Of a stretch of 64,000 nt of DNA, positions 48,421 through 56,976 are shown piece by piece; positions within the stretch are counted from its first letter, which is position 1; the number at the start of each line of letters is the position of its first letter. The DNA is from Candidatus Yonathbacteria bacterium RIFCSPLOWO2_01_FULL_43_27. Its GTDB lineage: Bacteria; Patescibacteriota; Minisyncoccia; Phycocordibacterales; UBA1550. Position numbers and translations under genes: made by a program. The stretch is taken from assembly GCA_001823545.1 (NCBI GenBank), contig MHUV01000006.1, positions 27,437-91,436 of the forward strand, given 5' to 3'. The notes under the pieces are model-generated. The model had not been told where the DNA came from and made no database searches. It was given only the letters and a program-made list of their open reading frames with translations.

Positions 48421-50472
48421 TTATTTGTTTAGACCGAGTTCTTTTGCAAAAAACGAAAGTTTGTATGCTGAACTTTCAACAATTTTTTCTGTTGATTTAC
48501 CGGCCCCATGCCCTGCATCAACCTCAGTTCTTAAAAAGACTTTGTTAATTTTGTTTACCCACTGAGCTAACGCTGTCATCTTGCGCGAATGTAGTGGGTT
48601 GACGCGCGTATCATTTTCTCCCGTAGTAAAAAAATATGCTGGGTATTCTTTCCCTTCTTTCATATTATGATATGGACTCCAAGACAAAATTGCCTTTAGG
48701 CCCGTCTCATCCCGAGGATCGCCGAGTTCCCCCGTCCATCGCACCGCCAACCCAAAAAGATGGAATCGAACAATATCCAAAATACCAACTTCCGCACATA
48801 CTGCCTTAAACAAATCTGGACGCTGGACAGAAACCGCAGTAACCAATGTCCCACCCATACTTCCACCAGAGATACCAAGGTGTTGTGGATTTGTATATTT
48901 CTGAGAAACAAGATATTCCGCAACAGCAATGAAATCATCGAATGAATTTTGCTTAGTCAACCCAGACCCCTCTTCTTGCCATTTTTTACCAAACTCACCA
49001 CCTCCTCGGATATTTGCAATCGCCAAAACACCTCCACGAACTAGCCATGGGGAAAAATTTTTCAAAAAAGATGGGCGAAGCGAACTACCATGTGCGCCAT
49101 ACCCACTTAAGATAAGGGGATTTTTTGAGTTTTTCTCTATATCTTTTTTACGGATCACAAACAGAGGAATTTTTGTGCCGTCTTTTGAAACACACCATTC
49201 CTGAGCAACAATATAATCTTCTGAACGAAGAGAACTTTCAGTAGACCTGTATTCATCATTTCTTTTTGTGTCTGGGTTATATCTGAATACTGTAAATGGA
49301 ACAATAAATGATTTTACGCCATAAAAATACTCTTCATCGTAATATCGCGCATTAATGCTATGTATGGCCGAAGAACTTGGCAATGGAAGTACATTTTCCA
49401 TAACTCCTTCATGGTCATACACACGAACCTCAGAACATACATTTACCAAGTAGTGAGCAAGTATTTTACTCTTTGAGATTGAGATAGAGTCAAGCACGTA
49501 TTCATTCTCAGGAATAAGCTCAATCCACTTTTCAATAGGCGTACTGTCCCACAACTCGAGAGCTACTGACAACACACGCTTTTTATCTGCCTTATAATTA
49601 GTTAGGAGATACACTTTTTCTTGAGAAAACGATATAGAGAATTTAGCCTTCATCTCGCCAAGAAATAAAGATACTGTTTTTTTGGCTGTATGATAAATGT
49701 AAATTCCATTTTCTGTCCACCCACGAGATACTGATATCACGAGATGCTCTCCGTTTGGGGATATCTTCAACGAAATCATATCGTCTAATGGTCTCCCGTG
49801 CCCAAAAACAAGAACGTCGCTCTCCTGTCCTGTCCCCAATGCATGAAAATATACTTTTAAATGCAAGTGTTCCTCATTAGAAGGAACCTCCCCTTGGTAT
49901 GGATGTCTTGTGTAATAAAAACCAGTTTCATCAGGCAACCACGCAATACTAGAATATCTACACCTTTCAAGTCGTTCGGGAAGAACCTCCCCTGTGTTAA
50001 TATTTTTTATATACACGGTCCCCATTTCTGAGCCTTTTGTAGAAAGCTCATAGGCAACAAATGACGACGAAACTGATTTCGTCCATTGAGAAAGCGTCAC
50101 TGTCCCATCTTGACTCAATTCATTTGGATTTACAACACAAACAGATTCCCCGTTTACGCCTTCTTTCATATAAAGAGCAAACTGTTGCTCACTTTGTTTT
50201 TTTTCTTGATAAAAATGTTTCCCTTGTCCAGGGACAGGTACAGAAAAAACTGTTTCTAAAAAAGATGATGATAATTCTTTTTGAAAAAAACCAAAAAAAT
50301 CACCACGAAGTCCTTTCTCTACGTATTCATTCTGTAGATTAATCCATTTTTTTACTTCTGGATTTTCTCCGTCTTCCAGCCATCGATATGGGTCAGTGAT
50401 AGGTGTGTTCAAAACCACCTCGTTAATTTCATCGCGTTTTGTATCAAAATTTTTCATAAGTATTATTACCAA
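48421..50472 (-). CDS. Prolyl oligopeptidase-family serine peptidase (S9)
   Basis: N-terminal beta-propeller region, then a C-terminal alpha/beta-hydrolase domain with nucleophile elbow GISGGSMGG. Confidence 0.85.
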   Translation of the reverse strand: MVIILMKNFDTKRDEINEVVLNTPITDPYRWLEDGENPEVKKWINLQNEYVEKGLRGDFFGFFQKELSSSFLETVFSVPVPGQGKHFYQEKKQSEQQFALYMKEGVNGESVCVVNPNELSQDGTVTLSQWTKSVSSSFVAYELSTKGSEMGTVYIKNINTGEVLPERLERCRYSSIAWLPDETGFYYTRHPYQGEVPSNEEHLHLKVYFHALGTGQESDVLVFGHGRPLDDMISLKISPNGEHLVISVSRGWTENGIYIYHTAKKTVSLFLGEMKAKFSISFSQEKVYLLTNYKADKKRVLSVALELWDSTPIEKWIELIPENEYVLDSISISKSKILAHYLVNVCSEVRVYDHEGVMENVLPLPSSSAIHSINARYYDEEYFYGVKSFIVPFTVFRYNPDTKRNDEYRSTESSLRSEDYIVAQEWCVSKDGTKIPLFVIRKKDIEKNSKNPLILSGYGAHGSSLRPSFLKNFSPWLVRGGVLAIANIRGGGEFGKKWQEEGSGLTKQNSFDDFIAVAEYLVSQKYTNPQHLGISGGSMGGTLVTAVSVQRPDLFKAVCAEVGILDIVRFHLFGLAVRWTGELGDPRDETGLKAILSWSPYHNMKEGKEYPAYFFTTGENDTRVNPLHSRKMTALAQWVNKINKVFLRTEVDAGHGAGKSTEKIVESSAYKLSFFAKELGLNK

Positions 50473-50547
50473 TACATCATCTTTTTTATTCTATTATATA
50501 TTACCAAATACAAGATATTCTGCACTTATTGAAGGATTAGCCCCTCA

Positions 50548-50591
50548 TTTTAAATTTAAACCCCTCTTGTTGCGTTACGCAACAAGAGGGG
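50548..50591 (-). terminator. Intrinsic terminator of the small-peptide operon
   Basis: CCCCTCTTGTTGCG-TTA-CGCAACAAGAGGGG 14-bp stem. On the minus strand it is followed by a U/A-rich tract (UUUAAAUUUAAAAU). Confidence 0.6.
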
Positions 50592-50636
50592 TTACTCTCC
50601 ATATTCACCATCTTGTGGAGGGGAAAAGAGAGGCCT

Positions 50637-50702
50637 TTACTTGCACGGAGGGTCATTGCTACCGGCGCCATGATTCCCGCCACAGTTTCCGCAGTCTGAC
50701 AT
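50637..50702 (-). CDS. Cys-rich micro-protein, 21 aa (MSDCGNCGGNHGAGSNDPPCK)
   Basis: Perfect SD AAAGGAGGTG 7 nt upstream of the ATG. Paralogous N-terminus with the upstream 22-aa peptide. Below the ORF-track length cut-off. Confidence 0.5.
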   Translation of the reverse strand: MSDCGNCGGNHGAGSNDPPCK

Positions 50703-50750
50703 ACCAATCACCTCCTTTCTGTGTGTAGTTTTTACTACTGAGAAAGAGTT

Positions 50751-50819
50751 CTACCCGTTGCAATCGCCGTCGCAAGGAGCACCTCCCGCCTCACAGTTAC
50801 CACCGCAGTTGTCACTCAT
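50751..50819 (-). CDS. Cys-rich micro-protein, 22 aa (MSDNCGGNCEAGGAPCDGDCNG)
   Basis: SD AAAGGAGGTGA 6 nt upstream of the ATG. C-x3-C-x6-C-x3-C spacing. Confidence 0.5.
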   Translation of the reverse strand: MSDNCGGNCEAGGAPCDGDCNG

Positions 50820-50857
50820 GGCACTCACCTCCTTTGTTTGAGACGTATGGAAAGCTT

Positions 50858-50962
50858 CTACTTCCAAGGTTCTATAAAAGACGGGTTTTCTCCTCGAGGA
50901 ACGCTGAGTGTGGGACCAGTGATACTAAAACTGCACAAAAACTCTTCACTTTTGTCGATCAT
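50858..50962 (-). CDS. Small ORF, 34 aa (MIDKSEEFLCSFSITGPTLSVPRGENPSFIEPWK), first cistron of the micro-operon
   Basis: SD AAAGGAGGAGG upstream. Located about 95 nt downstream of a consensus promoter. Confidence 0.4.
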   Translation of the reverse strand: MIDKSEEFLCSFSITGPTLSVPRGENPSFIEPWK

Positions 50963-51064
50963 CTGATCCTCCTCCTTTTACCGAGGCACGATTATTATAT
51001 AACTCCTTTATATAAAAAACAGGGAAGGTGTCCTCTTGTGAAGCTAAATTAACTATCTAGGTGT

Positions 51065-51093
51065 ATCATACCCCCCCGCCACCTTTTTGTCAA
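51065..51093 (-). promoter_or_regulatory. Sigma70-type promoter TTGACA-N17-TATGAT driving the small-peptide operon
   Basis: On the minus strand, TTGACA (51093-51088), a 17-nt spacer, and TATGAT (51070-51065). It lies immediately downstream of the histidine-kinase stop. Confidence 0.55.
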
Positions 51094-51127
51094 GAGCAGT
51101 AATTTTCAATTGAACCTGATTCTCCCC

Positions 51128-52669
51128 CTACCCCCTCGGCATCTCCACCCAAAACGTCGTTCCCTTCCCTGTTGCGGTATCAAACCATACCTTGCCACCG
51201 TGTGCGTCGACGATCTTTTTGACACTAAAAAGGCCGTAGCCGGTAGAGTGGACATTTACTTTGAGTGAATCTTTGCCGTGACCGCCCTCCTTAAAAAGGT
51301 TTGGTTTATCTTCATCACTGATACCAATGCCAGTGTCTTTAACAGAAAAGAGAATAGCGTTCCCTTTTTTCGACAATCCTACCGTAACCCCGCCTGCGAG
51401 GGTGTAGTTAACAGCATTCTCAACGAGATTTTTTAGAACGTGGGTAACGAGCTGGACGCGGTCACCGACAAATGTATAATCTCCCTCTTCAGAAATATTC
51501 GTCGTAAGTGAAAGCCCTTTTGTTTTTGCTTCCGACTCGACATCGTGCACCACCTCAAGCACCGCTTCTTTAAAATCAAATGGTTCTGGCTTTAACACAA
51601 GATCTTGACCAGATTCAAGGATCACAATAACCGAGCGAATAAGTTTCTTGGTATCGTCGTGGGCTTGCTCGAGGAATGGGCGCGCCTGATCTGAGACTGC
51701 GCCAAAACTACCGTCGAGAAGCATGCCGAACATATCTTTATCTTTCCCAAGCACATTTTTAATATCGTGACTCATAATACGATTGACACTCTTGAGCCTC
51801 CCTGCCAACTGCTCGATCTCCTCACGCAACGCAACTTCCTTTTTGACGCTTTTAATGAGGAAAAGGCCTATGAAAATTACAAAAACAAACGTCACCGCAC
51901 CAAGAATTTTCCCATTGAGCGTTTCCGCCATCACCGCCTGCGCAATAACCGCTGTCCAAATCGCAAAGGTCATCAATTCTGCAATAATAACTTTAATATT
52001 GAAAAGATGATGCTTAATAATAGCAAACGCAATAGACAATACTAGAATTAAAGTAAAAACAGGGCCTAACCAAGTATATTGAAATATGCCTATGTAAGGA
52101 AGTACGAGATCAGTAATAGTTGCAAAAAAAGAAGAGAGTAAGGAACCTAAAAAAATATATTTTAATTGTGTTTTTTGTAAAACATCTTTTGTTTTTCTGT
52201 ATTGTAAAAAAAGTGCCAAGTATCCTAATACAAATAAAAATGTTATGTATTCACCATAAAAAATATATCCTTGCTTTATTTCATATGCTTGTAAAAAAGT
52301 ATCACCAATTATTAACTTTGTAGAAAAAAGAAAATAAACAATAACAAGAAATGTAATCATTGGTAGGGCTAGTACATACTTCTTCTTTATTAATACTGAA
52401 GGAAAATTTAACGAAAAATATAGAAAAAATAGAGCAATAAAAGCTGCCGCTGTATGTGTCAAAGTTAGCCAGATCTCTGGGGAGAGGAATTTAAAGCCTG
52501 AAGAGAAAAAACCCAAAATTGCGATACTCCACAAAACCACACCAAAAGATATTGAGCCAAAAAAAATGTTGATTTTATCCTTTGGATCTTGCAATAAAAC
52601 GACTAAACTTAGAATTAAGTTGATTAGAATGACAACCGAAAAAATATATGGAAGAAAATTAAGCATCAC
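51128..52669 (-). CDS. Multi-TM (7TM-receptor-like) sensor histidine kinase; no cognate response regulator nearby
   Basis: About 8-9 N-terminal TM helices with no large extracellular domain, H-box MSHDIKNVLG, C-terminal HATPase_c (GIGISDE...GGHG...STGYGLFSVKKIVDAHGGKVW). 1-nt overlap with the upstream gene. Confidence 0.8.
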   Translation of the reverse strand: MMLNFLPYIFSVVILINLILSLVVLLQDPKDKINIFFGSISFGVVLWSIAILGFFSSGFKFLSPEIWLTLTHTAAAFIALFFLYFSLNFPSVLIKKKYVLALPMITFLVIVYFLFSTKLIIGDTFLQAYEIKQGYIFYGEYITFLFVLGYLALFLQYRKTKDVLQKTQLKYIFLGSLLSSFFATITDLVLPYIGIFQYTWLGPVFTLILVLSIAFAIIKHHLFNIKVIIAELMTFAIWTAVIAQAVMAETLNGKILGAVTFVFVIFIGLFLIKSVKKEVALREEIEQLAGRLKSVNRIMSHDIKNVLGKDKDMFGMLLDGSFGAVSDQARPFLEQAHDDTKKLIRSVIVILESGQDLVLKPEPFDFKEAVLEVVHDVESEAKTKGLSLTTNISEEGDYTFVGDRVQLVTHVLKNLVENAVNYTLAGGVTVGLSKKGNAILFSVKDTGIGISDEDKPNLFKEGGHGKDSLKVNVHSTGYGLFSVKKIVDAHGGKVWFDTATGKGTTFWVEMPRG

Positions 52670-53418
52670 TAAATTATTCCTAACATTTTAAGAAATCCAT
52701 TATATAAATTACTCCTCAAAACATACTTCGTGTCTTCTGCTTTTTGAAACATGCGAGAATTATGAAGCACATCATCAATATATTTTCCAATTTCATCAGT
52801 AATAAAATATATAGGAATAACCTTATCGCCTTCTTGGTTAAAATAATTATACAACACTCCTTCTTGTTGATAAATCTGTCTATAATTATCTATTGTATGA
52901 ACAGGTATCTTTAATTTTTTTAATTTACTATCTAGTTTTTCTTTAATAAATGCATACCCTCCACTAATTCCACTATTTAAACCAAAATCAGCTAGACATT
53001 TTATCATGAAAAGCATGACAATATTTCTGGGCAAATATTTATTGTTATCATTTCGGGCAACTATTAAGCGTCCTATTTCAGCTCTATTTTCTCTCGAGAT
53101 ACTCTTAATGTCCGATGGCTCTTCAAAAGAAAAACATTCTTTCTCTGTAGGAAGGAATTGATCTTTTATTAATCTGACAGTCCCAATAATTTGTTCGTCA
53201 ACTTTTGCAATGAAATAATCACACTTGCCACTCAGATCATAGTCATCTATATCTTGTTGTGATGGAAACAATTTTGGATCTATATAGCCCCTCGATGTAT
53301 ATATATTGTATCTTAAGCGATACATTTCTTGCAATTCTTTTTCACAGTTTGGTACTCCAAAATAAATAGTTTTATTTTGCTTATTATCCTCGACACTCAA
53401 TTCGTACATTATTTTCAT
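52669..53418 (-). CDS. GNAT-fold N-acyltransferase of the autoinducer-synthase superfamily (LuxI/FeeM-like N-acyl amino acid synthase family)
   Basis: MYRLRYNIYTSRGYID...DDYD...IIGTVRLI...AEIGRLIV matches the R.RY.VF...GW / E.SRL pattern of N-acyl amino acid synthases (Acetyltransf_5). Confidence 0.5.
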   Translation of the reverse strand: MKIMYELSVEDNKQNKTIYFGVPNCEKELQEMYRLRYNIYTSRGYIDPKLFPSQQDIDDYDLSGKCDYFIAKVDEQIIGTVRLIKDQFLPTEKECFSFEEPSDIKSISRENRAEIGRLIVARNDNNKYLPRNIVMLFMIKCLADFGLNSGISGGYAFIKEKLDSKLKKLKIPVHTIDNYRQIYQQEGVLYNYFNQEGDKVIPIYFITDEIGKYIDDVLHNSRMFQKAEDTKYVLRSNLYNGFLKMLGII

Positions 53419-53422
53419 TTTT

Positions 53423-54127
53423 CTATATTTTTTGAGCGGTATTTAAAATCCCCTGCCCTGCATACACGACGTGATCATCAGAAATGTCTTTAAACCCCAC
53501 TTGTGACAATAATGCCTTCTGCTCTCCCTGTTTAAAGAAGTCGTAACTACCTGACTTATTTTCCTTCTTGATTAATGAATTATAGTAAAAAATCTTGATT
53601 GTAGGAATAAGGAATTTAAATATTTTGAAAATTGACACAATTCCATTATTTTTAAAATCTTGAGTAACTTGTTCAAAATAAATTTTTAAAGGCGAAAACC
53701 CTTCTACAATATTTGAAACAACAATAACACCCCCTGGCTTTAAAACTCTGTGCAACTCTTTTGCAACCGCTACCCGAGACGTTCTCGGTAACGTGTAGAG
53801 TACATTATTTGAGCAAATCTTATCAAAGTAATTATCCTTAAAAGGAAGTGGTTTTAAAATATCCCCAACCTCAACAATAGCATCTTTCTGTTTTTGTTTA
53901 TAAAGATCAAGTCCTTCTTTAGAACTATCAAAGGCGACTACCTGTGCACCAATATTTGAAAGAATTATCGCCAAGTTTCCCGTACCCGCGCCAGCATCGA
54001 GGACTAAGTCCCCTTTTTTGATTTTCAGATTGTCTTTGACCGAACCGAGAAGGTTCTGATACGGCCTAAGCTCGTTCAGAACATCGTATACTGCAAAATA
54101 TTTTCTCCAAAAATCATCCTTGGTCAT
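53423..54127 (-). CDS. Class I SAM-dependent methyltransferase (Methyltransf_11/25-like)
   Basis: Motif I LVLDAGAGTGNLA, post-I VVAFDSS, motif II LKPGGVIVV. Confidence 0.85.
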   Translation of the reverse strand: MTKDDFWRKYFAVYDVLNELRPYQNLLGSVKDNLKIKKGDLVLDAGAGTGNLAIILSNIGAQVVAFDSSKEGLDLYKQKQKDAIVEVGDILKPLPFKDNYFDKICSNNVLYTLPRTSRVAVAKELHRVLKPGGVIVVSNIVEGFSPLKIYFEQVTQDFKNNGIVSIFKIFKFLIPTIKIFYYNSLIKKENKSGSYDFFKQGEQKALLSQVGFKDISDDHVVYAGQGILNTAQKI

Positions 54128-54357
54128 TTTGTATGAGTTATGAGGGCTAGAGTGGGCTGTTTATGTTTATGTATATGGTTACGTATTTTTCTCCCCTATT
54201 CCCCTATTATCCCCCCATAAAAACATAGGGGGTAATATATTTGTTTGGAGAAAGTCGTTTTAGGGGGTATTATTGATACATCAAGGTTTTTACGCCTAAG
54301 CTTCTAAACTAATATATAAATAATCAAAAAGGAGGCAATCCGAAAAATATTAAAAAT

Positions 54358-55206
54358 ATGAAATATGAATCTATTAGCTTTAGAACACCTGAGACACCAG
54401 AAGCAAGCGAGCAAGAATTTACAATTGATTCAATTGATCTAAAACCAGAAAAAGAAAAAACTCCAATCCCCGTACTGTTTGCCCCTGGGTGGGGATTTAC
54501 GCCAGAAACACTCAATCAATCTTTTGAAGTTCTTGTAGAAAATGGTCGTCGCGTCATCTCCCTTGCCCACATAAGAGAATCTTCTCAAGTAAAATCAGAT
54601 AAGCATGTTTCTCCAGAACTACAGAAAGCATACGCACTATTAGCACTCCTAGATAAAAAACATATAGAAAAAGTGGATGCTGTTGCACACTCCGAAGGAA
54701 GTATTAATTTAGCAATTGCGGCACTTGAGCATCCAGAAAAATTTCGTAATATCGTCTTCATTAATCCTGCTGGAATGATTGGTGAAAATACTTTTCCAAA
54801 ACATATTTTTAAATTTTATACTGAAGTATTCCAAGATTTTAAAGCTTCTTTGAGAGGAAAGGGGGTATTTAAATCTGTTTTAATAGAATATAAAGAGATT
54901 GCGAAATATTTTCTTAGTAATCCAGCCTTGTCTTTAAGAGAGGCGGTGGCAATATCCCAAGCGGACATTTTACAGATGATTAGCGAACTGAAACAACACA
55001 ATATCGGAGTATCTGTAATTTCAGGGGTAGACGATAAAATCATTCCTATGGATAAGTTGCAAGAGAAAGTATCTTCAAACTCTATTAACGGTTTTTACTC
55101 CGTCAAAGGTGGACACAATGAGATACTCTTTCAACCAATTAAATATATGGGAGCAGTTGATACTGCACTAGATGCTTTAGAAAAAAGAGGTGTCGTTGAC
55201 AAATAA
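54358..55206 (+). CDS. Alpha/beta hydrolase (esterase/lipase-like)
   Basis: Nucleophile elbow AVAHSEGS (GxSxG-like), and alpha/beta-hydrolase fold length and pattern. Confidence 0.7.
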   Translation: MKYESISFRTPETPEASEQEFTIDSIDLKPEKEKTPIPVLFAPGWGFTPETLNQSFEVLVENGRRVISLAHIRESSQVKSDKHVSPELQKAYALLALLDKKHIEKVDAVAHSEGSINLAIAALEHPEKFRNIVFINPAGMIGENTFPKHIFKFYTEVFQDFKASLRGKGVFKSVLIEYKEIAKYFLSNPALSLREAVAISQADILQMISELKQHNIGVSVISGVDDKIIPMDKLQEKVSSNSINGFYSVKGGHNEILFQPIKYMGAVDTALDALEKRGVVDK

Positions 55207-55218
55207 TATAACTGAGAC

Positions 55219-55318
55219 GAGAACAGCCACCATTGCTCTTACCCTCCATAAAAACATAAGGGGTGTGAAAATGGGTAAGAATTTTATGGAAAAGTAGGGT
55301 GTTTCGGTAAAATTTTTT
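55219..55318 (+). repeat. Dispersed intergenic repeat element, copy 1 (modules A' + C + E)
   Basis: Shares CCATAAAAACATA(A/G)GGGGT...AATTTTAT(A/G)G...GG(T)TTTCGGT..AATTTTTT with 57905-57990, and partly with 63120-63200 and 54213-54236. It also contains a CCATAAAA / TTTTATGG inverted repeat. Confidence 0.6.
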
Positions 55319-56072
55319 AACTATTTTTCTTGTATTTATCAATTTTCCCAAACCAATCTTTAGAGATTTTAAATATTTTTTCACGCATATCTTCTGTATC
55401 GTTAAAATAATGAGTGGCATTTTTAATGACAGTAAGATCTTTGGGTTTATTAGCTGTCTTAAAATAACGTTTCGCCCCCTTCACGAGGACACCCTTTCCG
55501 GCTACAATAATTTTCAAAGGTACATGAAAATTATTGGTGAGGTCATTCCAATTTATTATATCGGCCTCTTCAACTATTGGCTTTCCAACAATAAGATTTA
55601 TTCCCCAATTCATCAGATACCCTTTTGCCTCCTTGATGTATTTTATAGGAGGAAGACCATGTTCTGTTTTTGTGAAGGACATTTTATACGAAGGATCCCA
55701 AAGAACTGCCCCATCAAAATTTTGCTCACTCGAGAGCAGTATGCCTGTACCACCATAACTATGTCCTGCTATAAATATCTTTTGAAATTTATTCCTACGA
55801 AAATATCTCACCATTGCATCAATATCAGACGCATTTATTTTGAGTGTTGTATCTATCATCTGACGAGCATTTTTCTCTCCTCCGTATAGATTAAAACGAA
55901 AAGTTGCATATCCTTGTTTTGCAAAATAGCGTGTAGCGTTTAAGTAAAAATCTCCATCCATGGTCTCCAAAAAACCATGAACAATAATAAAAAGAGGCTG
56001 ACGAGATGTCCCACTCAATCGTCCATATATGTAATTTTTTTCTGATACTTTTATTTTTAATTTCTTTTCCAT
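55317..56072 (-). CDS. Alpha/beta hydrolase (dienelactone hydrolase / esterase-like)
   Basis: GxSxG elbow IAGHSYGG. The start is set at internal Met 56072 (MEKKLKIK). The track ORF 55317-56177 overprints the downstream terminator and the DUF397 gene. Confidence 0.7.
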   Translation of the reverse strand: MEKKLKIKVSEKNYIYGRLSGTSRQPLFIIVHGFLETMDGDFYLNATRYFAKQGYATFRFNLYGGEKNARQMIDTTLKINASDIDAMVRYFRRNKFQKIFIAGHSYGGTGILLSSEQNFDGAVLWDPSYKMSFTKTEHGLPPIKYIKEAKGYLMNWGINLIVGKPIVEEADIINWNDLTNNFHVPLKIIVAGKGVLVKGAKRYFKTANKPKDLTVIKNATHYFNDTEDMREKIFKISKDWFGKIDKYKKNS

Positions 56073-56087
56073 TTTTTTATTAAAACA

Positions 56088-56118
56088 AAAACAGAGGGGG
56101 TTCGTATGCAACCCCCTC
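56088..56118 (-). terminator. Rho-independent terminator of the DUF397 gene
   Basis: AGAGGGGGTT-GCATACG-AACCCCCTCT stem. On the minus strand it is followed by GTTTTTGTTTT. Confidence 0.65.
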
Positions 56119-56128
56119 TGCGACATTC

Positions 56129-56350
56129 TCAAACGTCGAATTCGTTGTTCTTCACCCCCTTCAAGAAAGCGCTCCACTCTTTCTTATTGTAAGAGATGGT
56201 GGGGCCGTTCGGGTTTTTGGTGTCACGGATATCCACCATATTCCCCCTTATGCGCACAGCAACACAGCAGCATTTGTGCGTATAAGAAGAGAGTTTAAAC
56301 CCTTCTTCCGCAAAAGGATTATGGCTTGGTGCTGACTTCTTCTTATTCAT
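56129..56350 (-). CDS. DUF397 domain protein
   Basis: FKLSSYTHKCCCVAVRIRGNMVDIRDTKNPNGPTISYNKKEWSAFLKGVKNNEFD matches the DUF397 pattern (KSSYS..G.CVEV....VRDSK.P.GP.L.F....W.AF...VK.GEFD). Confidence 0.55.
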   Translation of the reverse strand: MNKKKSAPSHNPFAEEGFKLSSYTHKCCCVAVRIRGNMVDIRDTKNPNGPTISYNKKEWSAFLKGVKNNEFDV

Positions 56351-56425
56351 AACGAAACTCCTTTCTTTATAATGTTCAATACGTCACCCCGAGACCATCT
56401 CGGAACATACGCTTACTCCTATTAT

Positions 56426-56454
56426 ATAGTACCTACTTCAATAAGTTTTGTCAA
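56426..56454 (-). promoter_or_regulatory. Putative promoter TTGACA-N17-TACTAT upstream of the DUF397 gene
   Basis: Minus-strand TTGACA (56454-56449) and TACTAT (56431-56426). A good SD (AAGGAG) sits at the gene start. Confidence 0.4.
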
Positions 56455-56475
56455 ATGCCTCGAGAGGTAAATTCT

Positions 56476-56975
56476 CTACCTAAATGCAATTGCTTTACTT
56501 CTTGATAATCGAGGAACTTTTTCAATGATAGCACAGCCTATCGACACTTCGTATGCACTGCGATAGCCTAGTGATTTTCGGTACTTGTGATTCATCGTAT
56601 GAAGCATAGATTGGAATGTTGCATCGGGTACTTTTGCAAGGTCTGTACCTTTGGGAAGAAACCAGCGGCGTATGAGCCCAATACTACTCTCTACATGCGG
56701 TTTCTGCCAAGGACTGCCTGGAGTGCAGAAGTAAGTTGGGATACCAAATTGTTCGTGCTGTTGATTCTCAATACCATTGTCCATAGTCCATGTGGTAACT
56801 GCAACTTTTTTCTGTATAGATTTCATAGAGGTGACCATGACGCTTGGTTTCTTGTTCGCAATGAGTTTCCCTGTGAGTAAATGCGTCGCTGGAACTACGG
56901 TCAGATGTCCCACTATCTTGGAATGGAGAAAGAGGGTCAGGTACCCTTTCCATCTTACTTCTGATATACTAACCG
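56476..56975 (-). mobile_element. IS30-family transposase, C-terminal (DDE/rve) fragment only: a remnant truncated by insertion of the adjacent element
   Basis: FCTPGSPWQKPHVESSIGLIRRWFLPKGTDL matches the IS30 transposase C-terminal motif (SPWQRG.NENTNGLLRQYFPKGTD). The N-terminal ~200 aa, including the HTH, is missing. The ORF's first ~15 codons are the reverse complement of the RAYT start region. Confidence 0.6.
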
Positions 56976-56976
56976 A

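Noticed and set aside
50473-51127. Other ORF-track ORFs in this region (50396-50728 +, 50834-51052 +)
   Set aside because: They are antisense to the well-supported minus-strand micro-ORFs and promoter, and lack ribosome-binding sites.
56073-56177. N-terminal 35 codons of track ORF 55317-56177
   Set aside because: They overlap the DUF397 terminator and coding sequence in another frame. A downstream Met (56072) gives a gene matching alpha/beta-hydrolase domain boundaries.
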